Source of the DNA: an uncultured Gammaproteobacteria bacterium
GTDB taxonomy: Bacteria > Patescibacteriota > Microgenomatia > Levybacterales > UBA12049
DNA: 64,000 nucleotides
Direction: 5' to 3'
Assembly (NCBI GenBank): GCA_964521295.1
Contig: CAZFRF010000001.1
Coordinates: 270,146-334,145, forward strand
The notes below the pieces were generated by a model. The model was not told where the DNA came from and did no database searches. It saw nothing but the letters and a program-made list of their open reading frames with translations. The translations under genes were made by a program, and so were the position numbers. Positions within the stretch are counted from its first letter, which is position 1, and every line of letters starts with the position of its first letter. Of this stretch, positions 61,158 to 64,000 are shown piece by piece.

Positions 61158-62488
61158 TATTCTTCCTCTATTCTATTTATACTTGCACCAAGCTTTTTTA
61201 ATCTTTGCTCAAATTGTTCATACCCTCTATCTAAATACTCAAGTCCAAATAAAACACTCTCCCCCTCTGCAGCCAATGCACCGAGTACTAAAGTTGCTCC
61301 ACCTCTTAAATCGGGAATATCTAAAATTGCATTATGCAAAACAACTGGACCAGTAATTCTGGCTGCGTGTAGGAATTTTTTCTTATCATCCTTAATATTA
61401 AAATTATAAAATTTCTCAGGATTTTTAATAACTGGATTAAAAAGCTCAATCTCAGCTCCCATCTTTAATAGCTCATCTACGTAGGTAAATCTATTCTCAT
61501 ACACTCTTTCATGTAAAACAGAGGTGCCATTAGCAACAGTCATAAGCACTGCCCAAGGACCTTGCCAATCCGTCATAAAGCCTGGATAGTATCCAGTTGT
61601 TACATCGGCTGCTTTTAATTCTCCCTTGTAAAAAAACCTAATTCCATCTTTTTTAACCTCATATCCTGCTCCAATTTGATCAAACATGTCTAAAAATTCT
61701 TCCAAACCCTTCTTTTGTACATCTTTTACAAAAATATCTCCCTTTGTGATAACAGCAGCAACTGCAAATGTTACAACCTCATTCCTATCAGGAAATACTT
61801 TAAAATTTGTTCCTTGAAGCCTATCAACACCTTGAATTACTATTCTTCTTGGTTTTTCTCTAACTATCTTTGCACCCATTCTTTTCAAAAATTCAATTAA
61901 TTCGTCTACTTCTGGCTCTTGAGCTGCATTTTCTAAAACTGTTTTTCCTTTTGCTAAAACAGCTGCAAGTATCATTGTTTCTGTACCGGTATGAGTACTT
62001 TTTTCAAATTTATAATAAGTACCCTTTAATCCCTCTGGAGCTTCTGAATGGAAAAATCCATCTCTACTTTGATATTTAATCTTTACTCCCATTTTCTTTA
62101 AGCCCTCAACGACTCTGTCAATTGGCCTAGCTCCAATCCTACAACCACCAGGATTTGGAATAATTGATTGCTTACTCCTAGCTAGCAGAGGGGCTAAAAA
62201 CATATATGAAGTTCTAATTTCTGCCGCTTTGTCTAAAGCAATTTTTTGACTCGTAAATTCTTTAACTTGAATAGTTAACTTATTCCCCTTAAATTCAACC
62301 TTTCCACCCAAATGCTCAATAATCTCTGCCATTATATGAACATCAGAAATAAGTGGAACGTTATCTATAACCACCTTTTCATCTGTTAAACAAGCAGCAA
62401 CCAAGAGCTTTAAGGCTACATTTTTAGAACCAAAAATTGAAACTTGGCCTTTTAATTTCTTCCCACCATTAATTACATATTTTTCCAT
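61157..62488 (-). CDS. murA: UDP-N-acetylglucosamine 1-carboxyvinyltransferase MurA
   Basis: N-terminal GGKKLKGQVSIFGSKNVALKLL, active-site loop PGGCRIGARPID with the catalytic Cys, and the EPSP-synthase-like fold. 443 aa. Confidence 0.9.
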   Translation of the reverse strand: MEKYVINGGKKLKGQVSIFGSKNVALKLLVAACLTDEKVVIDNVPLISDVHIMAEIIEHLGGKVEFKGNKLTIQVKEFTSQKIALDKAAEIRTSYMFLAPLLARSKQSIIPNPGGCRIGARPIDRVVEGLKKMGVKIKYQSRDGFFHSEAPEGLKGTYYKFEKSTHTGTETMILAAVLAKGKTVLENAAQEPEVDELIEFLKRMGAKIVREKPRRIVIQGVDRLQGTNFKVFPDRNEVVTFAVAAVITKGDIFVKDVQKKGLEEFLDMFDQIGAGYEVKKDGIRFFYKGELKAADVTTGYYPGFMTDWQGPWAVLMTVANGTSVLHERVYENRFTYVDELLKMGAEIELFNPVIKNPEKFYNFNIKDDKKKFLHAARITGPVVLHNAILDIPDLRGGATLVLGALAAEGESVLFGLEYLDRGYEQFEQRLKKLGASINRIEEE

Positions 62489-62491
62489 AAT

Positions 62492-63904
62492 TTATTTTAG
62501 TTCCTCGGAAATTTTATATATATTTCCTGCTCCCATGGTAAGTATAACCCAATCTGAATTATACATATTTTCGTTCACATATTTTACCACATTAGGCAAA
62601 TTTTCGATGTATTTTACCTTACCAAAAATTTTTGCTATTTCATTCACTAACATCTGCGAAGAAACACTATCATCTTTTTCTTCTCTGGCTGAGGAATAAA
62701 TATCCGTAACAATAACTTCATCCGCAAACGATAATGAGTATTTAAATTGATCGAATAATTTTTTTGTTCTTGAATAAGTATGAGGCTGGAAAATGCAAAG
62801 AATTTTTTTATTTGGAAAAGTTTTTTTAAATGCTTGCAATGTACTTTTTATTTCTGTTGGATGATGCGCATAATCATCATATAAAATTGCTCCATTTTCT
62901 AAATCTTTAATATATTCAAATCTTCTCCTAGTACCATGAAATTTAGTCAGGGCTGATTTAATATTCGCAAGCGACAATCCGAGCTCTAAACCAATTACGA
63001 TTGCAGCGAGAGCATTTAAAGCATTATGATCTCCTGTAACATTTAACGAAAATTCACCCAAAGATGTTTCTTTATTATTTATCCAAAAATACATTTTTTC
63101 TTTATCAACATGAATTCTATCTACATAAAAATCTGCATCCTTAGAAAATCCATATGTTACAACATGACCTACAACATTTTTAGAAAGTCTTCTCGTAATT
63201 TCATCATCAATATTTAAAACTAGTCCTCCATTTACTGCAATATTTTGTGAGAAAGCTAAAAATGCTTTATACAAATCCTCAACTGAGGCATACAAATCTG
63301 GATGATCGAGTTCAATATTTGTAATTACAGCAAAATATGGTTTTTGCCACAATAGCTTTGGAGTCAAATCATATTTTGGCTCAGTGGCATACTCGTCTGC
63401 TTCTGCCACGAAATATTCTCCCTTTCCAAAATGACCACTTGAATCTAAAAATGGAATATTACCCGTACCCACAAGGAATGAAGGATCAAGTCTATTATCT
63501 TTTAGTATTGATGCAATCATTGCGGTTGTAGTTGTCTTCCCATGAGTTCCACTCACAGCAATACCTTTAAGATTTTTGCCAAATATTTCTCCTTTCATAA
63601 ATTCGCCTACAGCTTGTCCTTGAGTCCAGATAATAATACCCATCTCTTTTGCCTTACGCACCTCGGGATGGTCAAATCCTCCATGCGCACCAGTAGTAAT
63701 TAATAAATCAACACCCTCTAAATGGCCGACCGAAAAACCTGTTTTTATATCAATTTGCGCTTTTTCTAATACCTCATCCGTGATAAATACTTCGTCCAAA
63801 TCGCAGCCAGTAACGATAAATCCAGCCTCTTTAGCAATAATAGCTAAAGGCGCCATACCAACACCCTTTATTCCCACAAAATGAATATGTTTATTTTGCT
63901 TCAT
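62492..63904 (-). CDS. murC: UDP-N-acetylmuramate--L-alanine ligase MurC
   Basis: N-terminal HFVGIKGVGMAPLA, ATP-binding GTHGKTTTTAMI, Mur ligase middle and C-terminal domains. 470 aa. Confidence 0.9.
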   Translation of the reverse strand: MKQNKHIHFVGIKGVGMAPLAIIAKEAGFIVTGCDLDEVFITDEVLEKAQIDIKTGFSVGHLEGVDLLITTGAHGGFDHPEVRKAKEMGIIIWTQGQAVGEFMKGEIFGKNLKGIAVSGTHGKTTTTAMIASILKDNRLDPSFLVGTGNIPFLDSSGHFGKGEYFVAEADEYATEPKYDLTPKLLWQKPYFAVITNIELDHPDLYASVEDLYKAFLAFSQNIAVNGGLVLNIDDEITRRLSKNVVGHVVTYGFSKDADFYVDRIHVDKEKMYFWINNKETSLGEFSLNVTGDHNALNALAAIVIGLELGLSLANIKSALTKFHGTRRRFEYIKDLENGAILYDDYAHHPTEIKSTLQAFKKTFPNKKILCIFQPHTYSRTKKLFDQFKYSLSFADEVIVTDIYSSAREEKDDSVSSQMLVNEIAKIFGKVKYIENLPNVVKYVNENMYNSDWVILTMGAGNIYKISEELK

Positions 63905-64000
63905 GTTTTAAATTTAATGATACTAGAATTTCATTTGCAACTCGATACTCATCCCAAGGCTCCTCACCGTTTCCCATATTCATTGACGCCTCTGCTGCTT
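63888..64000 (-). CDS. 3' end of an unidentified upstream gene (partial, runs off the window)
   Basis: The minus-strand frame is open from the window edge (..AAEASMNMGNGEEPWDEYRVANEILVSLNLKHEAK*). It stops at a TAA overlapping the murC start. Identity is not determinable from 37 codons. Confidence 0.3.

Overview
This 64 kb window reads as a low-GC, gene-dense bacterial chromosome segment (about 30% GC judged by eye) with short intergenic spacers. The gene content points to a reduced-genome organism of the Candidate Phyla Radiation / Patescibacteria type: a minimal F1Fo ATP synthase, a compact non-canonical cell-division/peptidoglycan cluster, many GT-C fold membrane glycosyltransferases, a large secreted subtilase, and an isoleucyl-tRNA synthetase with zinc-knuckle motifs. 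That assignment is an inference, not a database result.

Layout from start to end:
- 1-3114: 3' part of dnaE.
- 3146-9120: atpB-atpE-atpF-atpH(short)-atpA-atpG-atpD-atpC.
- 9160-9231: tRNA-Thr(CGU), followed by a GNAT acetyltransferase and a membrane-anchored protein with two Ig-like repeats.
- 10482-29324: about 19 kb glycan / protein-glycosylation locus. It holds a Wzy_C ligase-like gene, a Wzx-like flippase, four GT2 genes (two fused to large polytopic domains), two GT4 genes, at least five GT-C-like polytopic membrane proteins, and a sugar C-methyltransferase.
- 30034-30105 (minus): tRNA-Val(CAC).
- 30160-36113: lepB, parB, rpmA, rplU, a SEDS protein, ileS.
- 36769-42436: subtilase with an unusual insertion, a tRNA-dihydrouridine synthase, another GT-C protein.
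- 42440-49217: membrane-anchored cytochrome b5-like protein, a Cho-like GIY-YIG nuclease fused to a DnaQ exonuclease, a P-type cation ATPase, and a GT4 plus GDE_C-like glycoside hydrolase pair.
- 49385-53096: small accessory islet (detailed below).
- 53129-63904: SAM methyltransferase, DUF4177-like gene, then ftsZ-ftsA-ftsQ-like-murG-ftsW-mraY-(GlmU N-terminal-only nucleotidyltransferase)-murA-murC on the minus strand.

Best candidate for a novel system: the accessory islet at about 49.4-53.1 kb. Its centre is a gene whose C-terminal half is a TIR-like nucleotide-binding domain (the VFVVHGHDE...ILHEQ...GRTLIEKLE...FAIVLITPDDIGF signature of the COG4271 / CAP12-PCTIR type). It sits behind an unrecognisable N-terminal domain and next to an unknown 154-aa partner. 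Four GC-elevated orphan ORFs, all on the minus strand, are scattered through this half of the window and two of them flank the islet. No CRISPR arrays, rRNA genes, transposases or integrases were seen.
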